This document shows, in pieces, positions 1 to 13,894 of a DNA stretch of 64,000 bases (its first letter is position 1; each line of letters starts with the position of its first letter). Where the stretch lies: NCBI GenBank assembly GCA_950097015.1, contig CATNEN010000038.1, positions 26,908,001 through 26,972,000 of the forward strand. The letters are read 5' to 3'. Origin of the DNA: Macrostomum hystrix. Lineage: Eukaryota > Animalia > Platyhelminthes. Made by a program: the position numbers and the translations under genes. The notes under the pieces are model-generated. The model had not been told where the DNA came from. It did not search any database and saw only the letters and a program-made list of their open reading frames with translations.

Positions 1-2157
1 TCAAAGTCTTTTCCGACAAGTCTATCGGGGATAAGACAAGATCAAAGTCTCTTCCGACAAGTCTATCGGGGATAAGACAAGATCAAAGTCTCTTCCGACA
101 AGTCTATCGGGGATAAGACAAGATCAAAGTCTCATCCGACAATTCCATCGGAAATAAGACAAGATCAAAGTCTCATCCGACAATTCCATCGGGGATAAGA
201 CAAGATCAAAGTCTCATCCGACAATTCCATCGGAAATAAGACAAGATCAAAGTCTCATCCGACAATTCCATCGGAAATAAGACAAGATCAAAGTCTCATC
301 CGACAATTCCATCGGGGATAAGACAAGATCAAAGTCTCATCCGACAATTCCATCGGGGATAAGACAAGATCAAAGTCTCATCCGACAATTCCATCGGAAA
401 TAAGACAAGATCAAAGTCTCATCCGACAATTCCATCGGAAATAAGACAAGATCAAAGTCTCATCCGACAATTCCATCGGAAATAAGACAAGATCAAAGTC
501 TCATCCGACAATTCCATCGGAAATAAGACAAGATCAAAGTCTCATCCGACAATTCCATCGGGGATAAGACAAGATCAAAGTCTCATCCGACAATTCCATC
601 GGGGATAAGACAAGATCAAAGTCTCATCCGACAATTCCATCGGGGATAAGACAAGATCAAAGTCTCATCCGACAATTCCATCGGGGATAAGACAAGATCA
701 AAGTCTCATCCGACAATTCCATCGGAAATAAGACAAGATCAAAGTCTCATCCGACAATTCCATCGGGGATAAGACAAGATCAAAGTCTCATCCGACAATT
801 CCATCGGAAATAAGACAAGATCAAAGTCTCATCCGACAATTCCATCGGAAATAAGACAAGATCAAAGTCTCATCCGACAATTCCATCGGGGATAAGACAA
901 GATCAAAGTCTCATCCGACAATTCCATCGGGGATAAGACAAGATCAAAGTCTCATCCGACAATTCCATCGGGGATAAGACAAGATCAAAGTCTCATCCGA
1001 CAATTCCATCGGGGATAAGACAAGATCAAAGTCTCATCCGACAATTCCATCGGGGATAAGACAAGATCAAAGTCTCATCCGACAATTCCATCGGAAATAA
1101 GACAAGATCAAAGTCTCATCCGACAATTCCATCGGAAATAAGACAAGATCAAAGTCTCATCCGACAATTCCATCGGGGATAAGACAAGATCAAAGTCTCA
1201 TCCGACAATTCCATCGGAAATAAGACAAGATCAAAGTCTCATCCGACAATTCCATCGGGGATAAGACAAGATCAAAGTCTCATCCGACAATTCCATCGGG
1301 GATAAGACAAGATCAAAGTCTCATCCGACAATTCCATCGGGGATAAGACAAGATCAAAGTCTCATCCGACAATTCCATCGGAAATAAGACAAGATCAAAG
1401 TCTCATCCGACAATTCCATCGGAAATAAGACAAGATCAAAGTCTCATCCGACAATTCCATCGGGGATAAGACAAGATCAAAGTCTCATCCGACAATTCCA
1501 TCGGAAATAAGACAAGATCAAAGTCTCATCCGACAATTCCATCGGGGATAAGACAAGATCAAAGTCTCATCCGACAATTCCATCGGGGATAAGACAAGAT
1601 CAAAGTCTCATCCGACAATTCCATCGGGGATAAGACAAGATCAAAGTCTCATCCGACAATTCCATCGGAAATAAGACAAGATCAAAGTCTCATCCGACAA
1701 TTCCATCGGGGATAAGACAAGATCAAAGTCTCATCCGACAATTCCATCGGAAATAAGACAAGATCAAAGTCTCATCCGACAATTCCATCGGAAATAAGAC
1801 AAGATCAAAGTCTCATCCGACAATTCCATCGGAAATAAGACAAGATCAAAGTCTCATCCGACAATTCCATCGGAAATAAGACAAGATCAAAGTCTCATCC
1901 GACAATTCCATCGGGGATAAGACAAGATCAAAGTCTCATCCGACAATTCCATCGGGGATAAGACAAGATCAAAGTCTCATCCGACAATTCCATCGGGGAT
2001 AAGACAAGATCAAAGTCTCATCCGACAATTCCATCGGGGATAAGACAAGATCAAAGTCTCATCCGACAATTCCATCGGGGATAAGACAAGATCAAAGTCT
2101 CATCCGACAATTCCATCGGGGATAAGACAAGATCAAATTCTCATCCGACAATTCCAT
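1..2157. repeat. 41-bp tandem minisatellite (TCAAAGTCTCATCCGACAATTCCATCGGGGATAAGACAAGA), runs off the window start
   Basis: Period 41 read directly. Two main variants (GGGGAT/GGAAAT). Each unit has an imperfect internal inverted repeat GTCTCATCCGA...TCGGGGATAAGAC. Confidence 0.97.
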
Positions 2158-2164
2158 TCAATTA

Positions 2165-2575
2165 CACCCAAGATAAGACAATTGGACCAACCAGCGAGTC
2201 AGTAGGCTAGCGGACAGCGCTGTGGTCAGCACGGCAGTCTCGTGGCAGAACAGCACCAGAGGCGCCGCCTTCAATAGCGACGAATCGCTTCCGTCCGGAG
2301 TCCCAGCGCCTGCGGCATCCACCAGGCAGGCGAGGCCCGGCAGGGCGGCTCCGATGCTGGAGTCTGACATGCCAACCAGAGCGAACAGCAGGCAGCAGTT
2401 AATAGTCTTCAGTGCGTTGCCACGAAACAAAGACCAGCACTGAGAGGATTGCGGCACGGTGGAAGCTGTGTCACAATCGGCTATTGGTCGCTTGGCAACG
2501 GCATCGGGCAATGCAGGTCCGAGCGGCTGCTGCTGCTCGACCTCCAGCTTCTGATGTTGAGCATCTCTCTCGGCT
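2165..2575 (-). CDS. Probable coding exon of an MFS transporter (MFSD4/NaGLT1-like N-terminal TM region), lying between two satellites
   Basis: GC-rich open frame with KTINCCLLFALVGMSDSSIGAALPGLACLV, resembling TM1 of FucP/MFSD4-type MFS proteins. Possible GTAATT donor near 2164. Boundaries approximate. Confidence 0.4.
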
Positions 2576-2617
2576 ATGTCGAATGGCTTGGTTGGGGGCC
2601 AGGCAGAGGAAAGTTTA

Positions 2618-5352
2618 GTATGGGATCATGTCACAATAGTGAGTATGGGATCATGTCACAATGGTGAGTATGGAATCATGTCACAATAGTGAATATGGGA
2701 TCATGTCACAATGGTGAGTATGGGATCATGTCACAATAGTGAGTATGGGATCATGTCTCAATGGTGAGTATGGAATCATGTCACAATAGTGAATATGGGA
2801 TCATGTCACAATGGTGAGTATGGGATCATGTCACAATAGTGAGTATGGGATCATGTCACAATGGTGAGTATGGAATCATGTCACAATAGTGAATATGGGA
2901 TCATGTCACAATGGTGAGTATGGGATCATGTCACAATAGTGAGTATGGGATCATGTCTCAATGGTGAGTATGGAATCATGTCACAATAGTGAATATGGGA
3001 TCATGTCACAATGGTGAGTATGGGATCATGTCTCAATGGTGTGTATGGGATCATGTCACAATGCTATGTATGGGATATGTCAAAAAGCTATGTATGGGAT
3101 CATGTCACAATAGTGTGTATGGGATCATGTCAAAATGGTGAGTATGGGATCATGTCACAATAGTGAGTATGGGATCATGTCACAATGGTGAGTATGGAAT
3201 CATGTCACAATAGTGAATATGGGATCATGTCACAATGGTGAGTATGGGATCATGTCTCAATGGTGTGTATGGAATCATGTCACAATGCTATGTATGGGAT
3301 ATGTCAAAAAGCTATGTATGGGATCATGTCACAATAGTGTGTATGGGATCATGTCAAAATGGTGAGTATGGGATCATGTCACAATAGTGTGTATGGGATC
3401 ATGTCACAATAGTGAGTATGGGATCATGTCACGATAGTGAGTATGGGATCATGTCACAATAGTGTGTATGGGATCATGTCACAATGGTGCGTATGGAATC
3501 ATGTCACAATAGTGTGTATGGGATCATGTCACAATAGTGAGTATGGGATCATGTCACAATAGTGTGTATGGGATCATGTCACAATAGTGAGTATGGGATC
3601 ATGTCACGATAGTGAGTATGGGATCATGTCACAATAGCGTGTATGGGATCATGTCACAATGCTATGTATGGGATCATGTCACAATAGTGAGTATGGGATC
3701 ATGTCACGATAGTGAGTATGGGATCATGTCACAATAGTGTGTATGGGATCATGTCACAATAGTGAGTATGGGATCATGTCACAATAGTGAGTATGGGATC
3801 ATGTCACAATAGTGTGTATGGGATCATGTCACAATAGTGAGTATGGGATCATGTCACGATAGTGAGTATGGGATCATGTCACAATAGCGTGTATGGGATC
3901 ATGTCACAATAGTGTGTATGGGATCATGTCATAATGGTGAGTATGGGATCATGTCACAATGGTGAGTATGGAATCATGTCACAATAGTGTGTATGGGATC
4001 ATGTCACAATGCTATGTATGGGATCATGTCACAATGGTGAGTATGGGATCATGTCACAATGGTGAGTATGGGATCATGTCACAATGCTATGTATGGGATC
4101 ATGTCACAATAGTGTGTATGGAATCATGTCACAATAGTGTGTATGGGATCATGTCACAATGGTGCGTATGGAATCATGTCACAATAGTGTGTATGGGATC
4201 ATGTCACAATAGCGTGTATGGGATCATGTCACAATAGTGTGTATGGGATCATGTCACAATAGCGTGTATGGGATCATGTCACAATAGTGTGTATGGGATC
4301 ATGTCACAATGGTGAGTATGGAATCATGTCACAATAGTGTGTATGGGATCATGTCACAATAGTGTGTATGGCATCATGTCACAATAGTGTGTATGGCATC
4401 ATGTCACAATAGTGTGTATGGAATCATGTCACAATAGTGTGTATGGGATCATGTCACAATGCTATGTATGGGATCATGTCACAATGCTATGTATGGGATC
4501 ATGTCACAATGGTGAATATGGGATCATGTCACAATGGTGCGTATGGGATCATGTTACAATAGTGAATATGGGATCATGTCACAATGGTGCGTATGGAATC
4601 ATGTCACAATAGTGAATATGGGATCATGTCACAATGGTGCGTATGGAATCATGTCAGAATAGTGAGTATGGAATCATGTCACAATAGTGAATATGGGATC
4701 ATGTCACAATAGTGAATATGGGATCATGTCACAATAGTGAATATGGGATCATGTCACAATGGTGCGTATGGAATCATGTCACAATAGTGAATATGGGATC
4801 ATGTCACAATGGTGCGTATGGAATCATGTCAAAATGGTGAGTATGGAATCATGTCACAATAGTGAATATGGGATCATGTCAAAATGGTGAGTATGGAATC
4901 ATGTCACAATAGTGAATATGGGATTATGTCAAAATGGTGAGTATGGAATCATGTCACAATAGTGAGTATGGAATCATGTCAAAATGGTGAGTATGGAATC
5001 ATGTCACAATAGTGAATATAGGATCATGTCACAATAGTGAGTATGGAATCATGTCACAATAGTGAGTATGGAATCATGTCAAAATGGTGAGTATGGAATC
5101 ATGTCACAATAGTGAATATAGGATCATGTCACAATAGTGAGTATGGAATCATGTCACAATAGTGAACATAGGATCATGTCACAATAGTGAGTATGGAATC
5201 ATGTCACAATAGTGAGTATGGAATCATGTCACAATTGTGAATATAGGATCATGTCACAATAGTGAATATAGGATCATGTCACAATAGTGAGTATGGAATC
5301 ATGTCACAATAGTGAATATAGGATCATGTCACAATGCTATGTAGGGGATCAT
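2618..5352. repeat. 25-bp tandem minisatellite (GAGTATGGGATCATGTCACAATAGT)
   Basis: Period 25 read directly, with variant blocks. Confidence 0.97.
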
Positions 5353-6139
5353 ACTGAGGTGTCAAATAAGACAATGCGTGTTTAAAGTACACATCCACAA
5401 GGAGACGAGCTTACATCACATTCCATTTGCTGTAATTTGTGTGTATGACGTGAAAAATTCTTTACAAACCTTGAGACTGTTAGAACAGTAAATGTATCGA
5501 ATAAACAGAAATGCGGGGGATAATAGTAATTGTTTTATCGAAACAGGCTGACAACATGTATTCGATCAGATTCAAACATCAGGCTTTTATCTGTTACAGC
5601 AGGTTCTGCCCAATATACTTACAATCCTGTTGTCTCTCCCTCCTGATCGCTCTGCATTCTGATTGGTTGAGCGGTGAGAAAGCAGAGTTGAGGAGGGTGA
5701 ATTTATTCTGTGAGGGAGTTGGTTCGATTCTCAGTGAGGGAGTTGGTTCGATTCTCAGTGAGGTAGTTGGTTCGAACCAAGTTATGGGAGTTCGGTGGGG
5801 ATAGAAGTGACAGTTTTAATTAGGATTCGGTGGGGATAGAAGTGATAGAAGGATAGAAGTGAAACGTTTATGCAAGATTTGGGTCGATTATGAGTTATCT
5901 TGTTTTGAGCATATGAAGAAAAATGAGACGTTCTAAAGCTGTCCTTTCATCTGGCCCTCGTGTTTATTCATTTTCGTTGAAAATGACTCCGAGCCTGAAT
6001 TCTCTTGGGAGAACTACATAACACTTGGTGCAGTTATGAATAGAATATTAGTGCTACAACTTTAATTACGCGTAGAAAATCTATAGACTCAATCATTTAG
6101 ACTGAAACAGCCATTTTACATAAATCATCTCGGGCTCCG

Positions 6140-6998
6140 ATCAGTCACCTAGAATCGTCACAAATCAGTCACCTAGAATCGTCACAAATCAGTCACCTAG
6201 AATCGTCACAAATCAGTCACCTAGAATCGTCCCAAATCAGTCAGCTAGAATCGTCACTAATCAGTCACCTAGAATCGTCCCAAATCAGTCACCTAGAATC
6301 GTCACAAATCAGTCACCTAGAATCGTACCAAATCAGTCAGCTAGAATCGTCCCAAATCAGTCACCTAGAATCGTCCCAAATCAGTCACCTAGAATCGTCC
6401 CAAATCAGTCACCTAGAATCGTCACTAATCAGTCACCTAGAATCGTCCCAAATCAGTCACCTAGAATCGTCACTAATCAGTCACCTAGAATCGTCCCAAA
6501 TCAGTCACCTAGAATCGTCACTAATCAGTCACCTAGAATCGTCCCAAATCAGTCACCTAGAATCGTCCCAAATCAGTCAGCTAGAATCGTCACTAATCAG
6601 TCACCTAGAATCGTCCCAAATCAGTCACCTAGAATCGTCACAAATCAGTCACCTAGAATCGTACCAAATCAGTCAGCTAGAATCGTCCCAAATCAGTCAC
6701 CTAGAATCGTCCCAAATCAGTCACCTAGAATCGTCCCAAATCAGTCACCTAGAATCGTCACTAATCAGTCACCTAGAATCGTCCCAAATCAGTCACCTAG
6801 AATCGTCACTAATCAGTCACCTAGAATCGTCCCAAATCAGTCACCTAGAATCGTCACTAATCAGTCACCTAGAATCGTCCCAAATCAGTCACCTAGAATC
6901 GTCACTAATCAGTCACCTAGAATCGTCCCAAATCAGTCACCTAGAATCGTCACTAATCAGTCACCTAGAATCGTCCCAAATCAGTCACCTAGAATCGT
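6140..6998. repeat. 24-bp tandem minisatellite (TCAGTCACCTAGAATCGTCCCAAA)
   Basis: Period 24 read directly. Confidence 0.97.
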
Positions 6999-7775
6999 CT
7001 GCAGGACAAATTCAACGCAAGGACGAATTCCTGGATTCAACGATGAGCAAAAAATCAAGACAAATATAATAATACTTCAAATAAAAGCAGAAAAGGAAAT
7101 AATCAGTTACACAAAGAAATTAATTGACATTTTCTAACTAGAAGGGGCTGATTAACAGCACGACAGCAGTCGTGTCTTCACGCTAAAGGTGTGCGTGCAT
7201 GAATAGATTATATTTTTCCAGATTTTCTCACATGCCTTCCTGAATGGTTTCTTTCTGAATTAGGAAATTTTATTTACTACTGTCTGACAAAGCAGAGACA
7301 AAATCGAAGGTGCTGTAATGAAAAAAGAGCAGAATAAGATTCTATAGAATAAAATTGATAGGGCTTGAAGTCAATCAATAAATATGCCGTGTTTATCTAT
7401 TCAAGAAGATCTTTTATAGTTTTTCATAAACGAGAAGAAAATTTCCAAGCACATTAGAAAAGGATGTTTTTGTCTGGCAAAAATTGGTATTAAAAAAATA
7501 CAAAAGACACTTATAAAAAAGAAGCTACTGTATTAGTGGGACAGCAATATTTTGCAATTTGTCATGTTACTCTGTCATAGTGCAAGAAAAATTACTAAAA
7601 CCTTCAATACAACCAGGTGACCCTAATTAAATATTCAGGAGATACTCAATTAATCTTCGGCTACAATTAAAAAAAGTAAACAAGCATAAACCAGACAATC
7701 AATGAGATCTTTAATTCCAGACATTCCACAGCCTCATTAAAATTATCTGTTCACAAATTTTTTTTACGAATTCAG

Positions 7776-8354
7776 CTAATCCAAACTGGAATTAACTAAG
7801 TAATCGCGCACTTGCTCAGATGGCCTGCTGGGAAGGAGATTCTCTTTTTGCTGCTTTTGAATCTCCGTGCCTTCTGTCTCTTCTTTCGGCTGCTGTCCAG
7901 CGGTCTTGCTGCTGGCAGATTCGGCTTGACTATAGCAAACAGGAACTGGTACCTGCCTTCTGTACCATAGGTGGTACACAATCATAAAGCCGAAACCTAA
8001 GGCAAAGACTACAGTCGACGAAACCCAAAAACCACACGGGACGCTGGTGCTAGCGATGCTACTCACAGTAGTAGTAGTGCCAACACTTGAGCTACTACTA
8101 GGCGATGTTGTTTTAAGCATCTCAGCATCAGATTTACTCCAATATTCCTGACAGGATGTTCTAATATGCCGCCGCTTGCAACGGTCAGCCCATGCTCGCC
8201 CACCTGAGCGGCACTGCTCAACCGTGGGACAAGTGACGCAACCGCCGTTGCTGTCAGACGTGTCGTATTGGCCGAATGGACATGACAGGGAAACTTCGAT
8301 TGCACAACGAGGAAGCAGCAGCAGCAGCAGCAGCGTAAGCCATGTAATTCGCAT
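7776..8354 (-). CDS. TNF-receptor-like type I membrane protein (one Cys-rich domain, S/T stalk, TM, tail with TRAF6-type motif)
   Basis: Signal peptide MRITWLTLLLLLLLP. Six Cys spaced C-x13-C-x2-C-x5-C-x10-C-x8-C starting CPFGQY, like a TNFR CRD. TM FWVSSTVVFALGFGFMIVYHLWY. PKEETE at 7872-7889 fits PxExx(acidic). Splice acceptor TTTCAG 9 nt before the ATG. Confidence 0.7.
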   Translation of the reverse strand: MRITWLTLLLLLLLPRCAIEVSLSCPFGQYDTSDSNGGCVTCPTVEQCRSGGRAWADRCKRRHIRTSCQEYWSKSDAEMLKTTSPSSSSSVGTTTTVSSIASTSVPCGFWVSSTVVFALGFGFMIVYHLWYRRQVPVPVCYSQAESASSKTAGQQPKEETEGTEIQKQQKENLLPSRPSEQVRDYLVNSSLD

Positions 8355-8599
8355 TTTCACTAGCTGAAATTGAGGAAATCAAATTTACTAAGAAAAAAAT
8401 ACTTTAAGAAACGCATTTTTACGAATTGATAGTTTATAAAAGAAAATCTATAAAAGAAGGCATTTCTCTATTTGGGTTGATAAACAGTAGTGAAATGCGA
8501 AAATGAATACGTGGGAAAAAGAAGAGACGTGGGACACACAAAGGAGAATAAACAGGAGAGATGACACAAGGGAGATAATAGACAGACGATAGGTGAGAC

Positions 8600-9222
8600 A
8601 CTGAAGAGATGAGACAGAAGACAGATGAGACAGGGAAAAAATGAGACAGGGAAAAAATGAGACAGGGAAAAAATGAGACAGGGAAAAAATGAGACAGGAT
8701 AGAGATGAGACATGGAAGAGATAAGACACGGGAGAGATGAGACATAGGAGAGAGATGAGAATTGGAGAGAGATGAGACACGGAGAGAGATGAGAATTGGA
8801 GAGAGATGAGACACGGAGAGAGATGAGAATTGGAGAGAGATGAGACACGGAGAGAGATGAGAATTGGAGAGAGATGAGACACGGAGAGAGATGAGAATTG
8901 GAGAGAGATGAGACACGGAGAGAGATGAGAATTGGAGAGAGATGAGACACGGAGAGAGATGAGAATTGGAGAGAGATGAGACACGGAGAGAGATGAGAAT
9001 TGGAGAGAGATGAGACACGGAGAGAGATGAGAATTGGAGAGAGATGAGACACGGAGAGAGATGAGAATTGGAGAGAGATGAGACACGGAGAGAGATGAGA
9101 ATTGGAGAGAGATGAGACACGGAGAGAGATGAGAATTGGAGAGAGATGAGACACGGAGAGAGATGAGAATTGGAGAGAGATGAGACACGGAGAGAGATGA
9201 GAATTGGAGAGAGATGAGACAC
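8600..9222. repeat. Purine-rich satellite, 34-bp dimer of 17-mers (GAGAGAGATGAGACACG/GAGAGAGATGAGAATTG)
   Basis: Read directly. The ORFs over it are repeat artefacts. Confidence 0.95.
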
Positions 9223-9757
9223 TAAGATGCTAAGTAAAATTTGGCTTCAAAGTTAAAATAAAAAAAATGGAGGCATTTCGACAAACTATGGAAGCTCTGG
9301 TAGGAATTAGGCAAAGAGTAGGTCGTACTTTTGGCTATATTTAAGCTCTAGATTTGAATGTACTTTTATTCCAAAAGTTTTTACGTAGGCAGGGAAATAT
9401 GAGCATAGCTACAACTTAAAAAACTCTTGCAAGAAGCCCTTTAAAAACATAATAACCATAAATCAGATGCATTAACAATAAAAAAATGATGCCCAAAAGT
9501 ACATGTAACATGACGAAACATCACCCTGCTAGCCATCCTCACTCGCTCTTCCGAAATCAAGCACAAAACAGCAGCAATTTGTAACACCTAGGTGAAGAGA
9601 ACTAGTAAATAAAATAAGTTAAGAAATAGAGACCATTGTTAATGAAAATCTTGTCAGTTTTACGCACTTGTCAGTTACACAAGCCATTTTTGTTTTGAAC
9701 TGCACGACAACAGGACCGCAAGATCTTTGAGTAATTTGGAATGTTTTGTTTGTTTGT

Positions 9758-10542
9758 GATGAGACAGGGGAGAGATTAGACACGGTAGAGATGAGAAAGG
9801 GTAGAGATGAGACACGGGAGAGATGAGACATAGGAGAGATGAGACATGGGAGAGATGAGACACGAAGAGAGATGAGACACGGAGAGAGATGAGACATGGG
9901 AGAGAGATAAGACACGGGAGAGATGAGACATGGGAGAGATGAGACACGGAGAGAGATGAGACACGGAGAGAGATGAGACACGGAGAGAGATAAGACACGG
10001 GAGAGATGAGACATGGGAGAGATGAGACAGGAGAGAGATGAGACACGGGAGAGATGAGACATGGGAGAGATGAGACACGGGAGAGATGAGATACGGGAGA
10101 GATGAGACACGTGAGAGATTAGACACGGGAGAGATGAGATACGGGAGAGATAAGTCACGGGAGAGATAAGTCACGGGAGAGATGAGACACGGGAGAGATG
10201 AGACACGGGAGAGATGAGACACGGGAGAGATGAGACGCGGGAGAGATGAGACACGTGAGAGATTAGACACGGGAGAGATGAGACATGGGAGAGATGAGAC
10301 ACGGGAGAGATGAGATACGGGAGAGATGAGACACGTGAGAGATTAGACACGGGAGAGATGAGATACGGGAGAGATAAGTCACGGGAGAGATAAGTCACGG
10401 GAGAGATGAGACACGGGAGAGATGAGACACGGGAGAGATGAGACACGGGAGAGATGAGACGCGGGAGAGATGAGACACGTGAGAGATTAGACACGGGAGA
10501 GATGAGACACGGGAGAGATGAGTTGAGGGAATGATGAGACGG
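9758..10542. repeat. 16-17-bp satellite (GGGAGAGATGAGACAC), related to the 8.6-9.2 kb array
   Basis: Read directly. Confidence 0.95.
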
Positions 10543-11146
10543 GAAATCTGTTGATTTTCATTAAAACCGATATTCACAAGTACAAGCAGGGTCGCAGTGC
10601 CTGGAATGGTAAACCTTACAATATGGAATGTAATTAACTTGAGATCTATATTATGTCGCTTGCAGCTGATATATAAGATAAATAAGTAGTTTGGCACGTT
10701 TAAATCAATTGGCGGGATTAATTTAATAAAAGTATAAATATAAATGAAATTAGAGTTTTGCTTATAACGCTTTAACAAATGACTAGAGAATTGTTGCAAC
10801 GGCAAAATGCGATAAAAATACAGAGTACATACAATATATATATAAGACAGGATAGCGCAGTATTTAATTACGATTGTAGAGGTGTGAGCAGTTTTTGGTT
10901 TGGCCACTCTCAGTAAAAAAAGAAATATAGAAAAATAGTACTATATCACATAACGACATTTTTAACATGCTTAAGGCACAATAATAGGTCATATAAAATA
11001 AAAAAGTAAGAAAATATACTAATAAGCTATAAGGAAATAAAAAAACATTCAAAAACATGGGAAAACCTTGCAGTTTTCTTAGAAAAGTACCAAAAAGCGT
11101 ATAGAAAACACAATATTGTTTAGCAGTTTGTCAGCATCAGCTGGGT

Positions 11147-13232
11147 TTACAGCTGCTGTCTAGCTCTCAAGTTGCCACAGAGCTGCTTTAATTTTCCGCA
11201 TAGATAGCAAAGTGGACCTAAAATTTTATTACCTGCACGCCAAGGCCATCACCGGTAGCAAAAAAGTAACAATAACATTCTGAAAGCCCTGGCTGGAAGC
11301 ACCTGGGGACAAGATAAGGAGACTTTGCTCGTCACCAACAAAGCTATCTCCAGAGCCCACGTCAACTACTGCGCCCCTGTCTGGGCGCCTTACCTCAGCC
11401 TCACCAGCTGGGCGCTGATCCAGAATACGCAGAACGCAGCGCTCCACATCATTGCCGGATGCCACAGCTGCTCGGGCATTGATCATCTCCATGACGAATG
11501 TACAAGGGAATCCTGCCGGTGTCCCTTCACTCCGAACTCCTGTCAGCGCAGTTCTGGGTGCAAGCGCTTCACCCGCGCCATCCGTGTCATCAACTCTCGC
11601 TCGATCCGGCAGCTTCGCTCCTCTCTCGCCACTTATGCCACTAACTTCCTCAACGTCCATCAGCCGCTCCTCTTCCCTTCAGTGGGTCCGCTCTCTATCT
11701 GCCAGCTCTCCAAAGCCCTCCACAATGCGTGCGTGCAAAAACGCCTGATGGATCGGCCACCAAACCGGGTCCTCGGCGTGCCTTCGCCAATGATTGACGC
11801 GTCAGAGACTCAACTGCGGCGCTTTGCCCATGTGACGCTTGCTCAACTCCGGTCAGGCTTCTGCTCTCACCTTGCCAGTTACAAACACCGCCTCGACCAG
11901 GAGTCACCTGCCACCTGCCCGCGGTGCCATGACGGGGAGCAGTCAGTCGCGCATATTTTCCCTGCCCGGCTCGCCCCACCTCGCTCACCCCGCTGGATCT
12001 CTGGTCCCAGTCCAAGAAAGCCTGGGCCCTATTCGCCGAGCTCTTCCCCGGAGAATGTACTGGCCCGCCGAGTCAAGGTTAACACACACAAGGACAAGTA
12101 ACATCAATACAATATAGTCAACAAAAATAACCGAAATTGTTAAATGATGAGATTTTGTGGACATAAAAATTACGTCGATATAAGTGGTTTCTGCCAAGCA
12201 GACGAGAATCGTTGAATATCTCGACGATGTCGATGTTTTGTGATTTTGGAAGTTTTTTATCGGATAGAGCAGAAAATTCTAGCCGAGTTCTGGATTTTAG
12301 CGTTTTATCTCGCTATTTCACATATACTAGCACACCATAAGGGGGTCGGTGGCTGAGCGGTTAACGCGTTTGCCTCTCGCACCACAGTAAGTTCGATTCC
12401 ACGGCGAGGCCACATTTATTTGGGGGCTTATCGTGCAATTTGCGCCCTTTAGGGCCAACCTCCAAGCCACAGTGAAGTGTACACTCCCTGACAATGAGAA
12501 AATCAGAGCAGATGTACAAACATGTGTGAGCGAATGCCTCCGTACAGAGTCTGTGTGCGTGTGTGCTCAGGAGTCAGCCAAATGGGCAGATTTGCCTCCT
12601 CGCTGGCTGCTGGTCTAGTGTACCCAAATGATGTGCCATTGCCCGCAGCCCTCCTGCAATTATTATTATTATTATAACACACCACAATAACCTTAATTTC
12701 TACTCGATTCGGACGGCATTTAATCCAGCAGAACTTGTAACCTACCATTAGAATTTATTAAATCAAAGCCAATGTAGATAGCTAAGAAGAATAACTGGAG
12801 CACAACAAATATCCAAGGACCGGTACATGATTCTCGACGCTCAGAACACGAACCACAGTTGTCTGTTTCATCATCAACAATGTCGTCGTTCTTTAAAGTA
12901 TTTGGTAGCATCATTGTAGTTTTTGTATTGTGCTGTCTGCTGTGCGGTGTAGCGGAAGTAGTGCTCGAACTATGAACTGGTTCCTTTGCAGCCATCTTGC
13001 ACATATTCTCTTTCCAAAGCTTGCAGCACTTATAGCTGTACTTCGGTTGAGACAACTTCCAAGCAAAGTTAGTATTATAGCAAGGTTTTGGGCATGGCGA
13101 ATAGGATTTAGTATTATTATTATAGTACATTGGATCAGTAGGGAAACGCAGTTCTGGAGCATCCACGCTAGAGAACCAAACGGCAACCAATTGAAGGCTG
13201 ACGCATACCGCAACAGCCCTTAGTGTGGTCAT
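11147..13232 (-). CDS. Cys-rich single-pass receptor paralogue 2, short cytoplasmic tail; exons 13232-12746 and 11217-11147
   Basis: Signal peptide, CPKPCYN-x15-CCKLW-x4-C domain, T-rich stalk, TM. The phase-1 donor G|GTAGGT after the TM joins TTTTAG|GTCCACTT to give GPLCYLCGKLKQLCGNLRARQQL*, mirroring the GPL-starting exon 2 of paralogue 3. Confidence 0.65.
11230..12100 (+). mobile_element. Degenerate non-LTR retrotransposon (LINE) 3' fragment: post-RT region plus C-terminal CCHC-type finger
   Basis: NYCAPVWAP...QNAALHIIAGC...DHLH and TLAQLRSGFCSHLASYKHRL...CPRC...HIF are typical LINE ORF2 C-terminal motifs. The sequence looks frameshifted and lies in the intron of receptor paralogue 2. Confidence 0.8.
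12341..12676 (+). mobile_element. tRNA-derived SINE, copy 1
   Basis: Pol III A box TGGCTGAGCGG, B box GTTCGATTCC, body shared with 15688 and 18942, (TAT)n tail. Confidence 0.85.
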
Positions 13233-13894
13233 CTTCGAGACGGAAAGCTGAAAATTTAGCAAGAAACAAATGTTGTTTAGTTATTTTTTATTTTGAAGAA
13301 AGCATTGGTATGAAGTTGTGAGTATCGTAACTACTTTCTCTTACTGATTAAATAAAATTAATAGCTTCTCTTCGTATTTGACTGCACGAGCGGTCACCGC
13401 GGAAACTGACTAACAATATTCCAACAAAAACTGTAAGTATTTTTCCTTAACTTATCTGAAGCTTCACCGTTAAAATTGACTACTTAATTCTTACTCAATT
13501 AGATCAACGAAGCTTGTCAATAGCGCATAATAAACACAGCCTTATTAGGACAATGTACACGCCAATTAAAAAGATAAAAAAAAAATCACTGGTTAATTTG
13601 AAAGACGTATAATGGATGAAAAACAAGCATTGATGAAAGAGCATAAGTCAAGAAAAACTGAACTGTAACAAAAAGACTGTTATTGTATTTATTGAAAAAG
13701 CACATTTTGTTTATTTTGTGTTAATAGCGAGTAATGATACATGAGTACATGATCGAAATAAAATGGCCGATAAAAATAGCACATATAATCAAGGAACAGA
13801 ACAAGAACTTCGCTCTCTGCCTCGACTCTACAATTTGGGTGTACTCTATTTTCTTTTTCTAAATGTCCCGCACGGGAAACAGACAAGCACAACG

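Noticed and set aside
1-6998. CRISPR-like arrays (palindromic 41-bp, 25-bp and 24-bp units)
   Set aside because: Head-to-tail repeats with no unique spacers, no cas genes, eukaryotic context.
8434-10907. Long SHLSP/VSSL-type ORFs
   Set aside because: Stop-free translations of satellites in several frames. The same applies to ORFs at 3959-4612, 14054-14340, 16564-17021, 20439-20951, 23393-25712, 49481-49873 and 50385-51674.
12341-12415. tRNA gene
   Set aside because: A/B boxes are present but there is no complete cloverleaf, and it is fused to a repeated body, so it is a SINE head.
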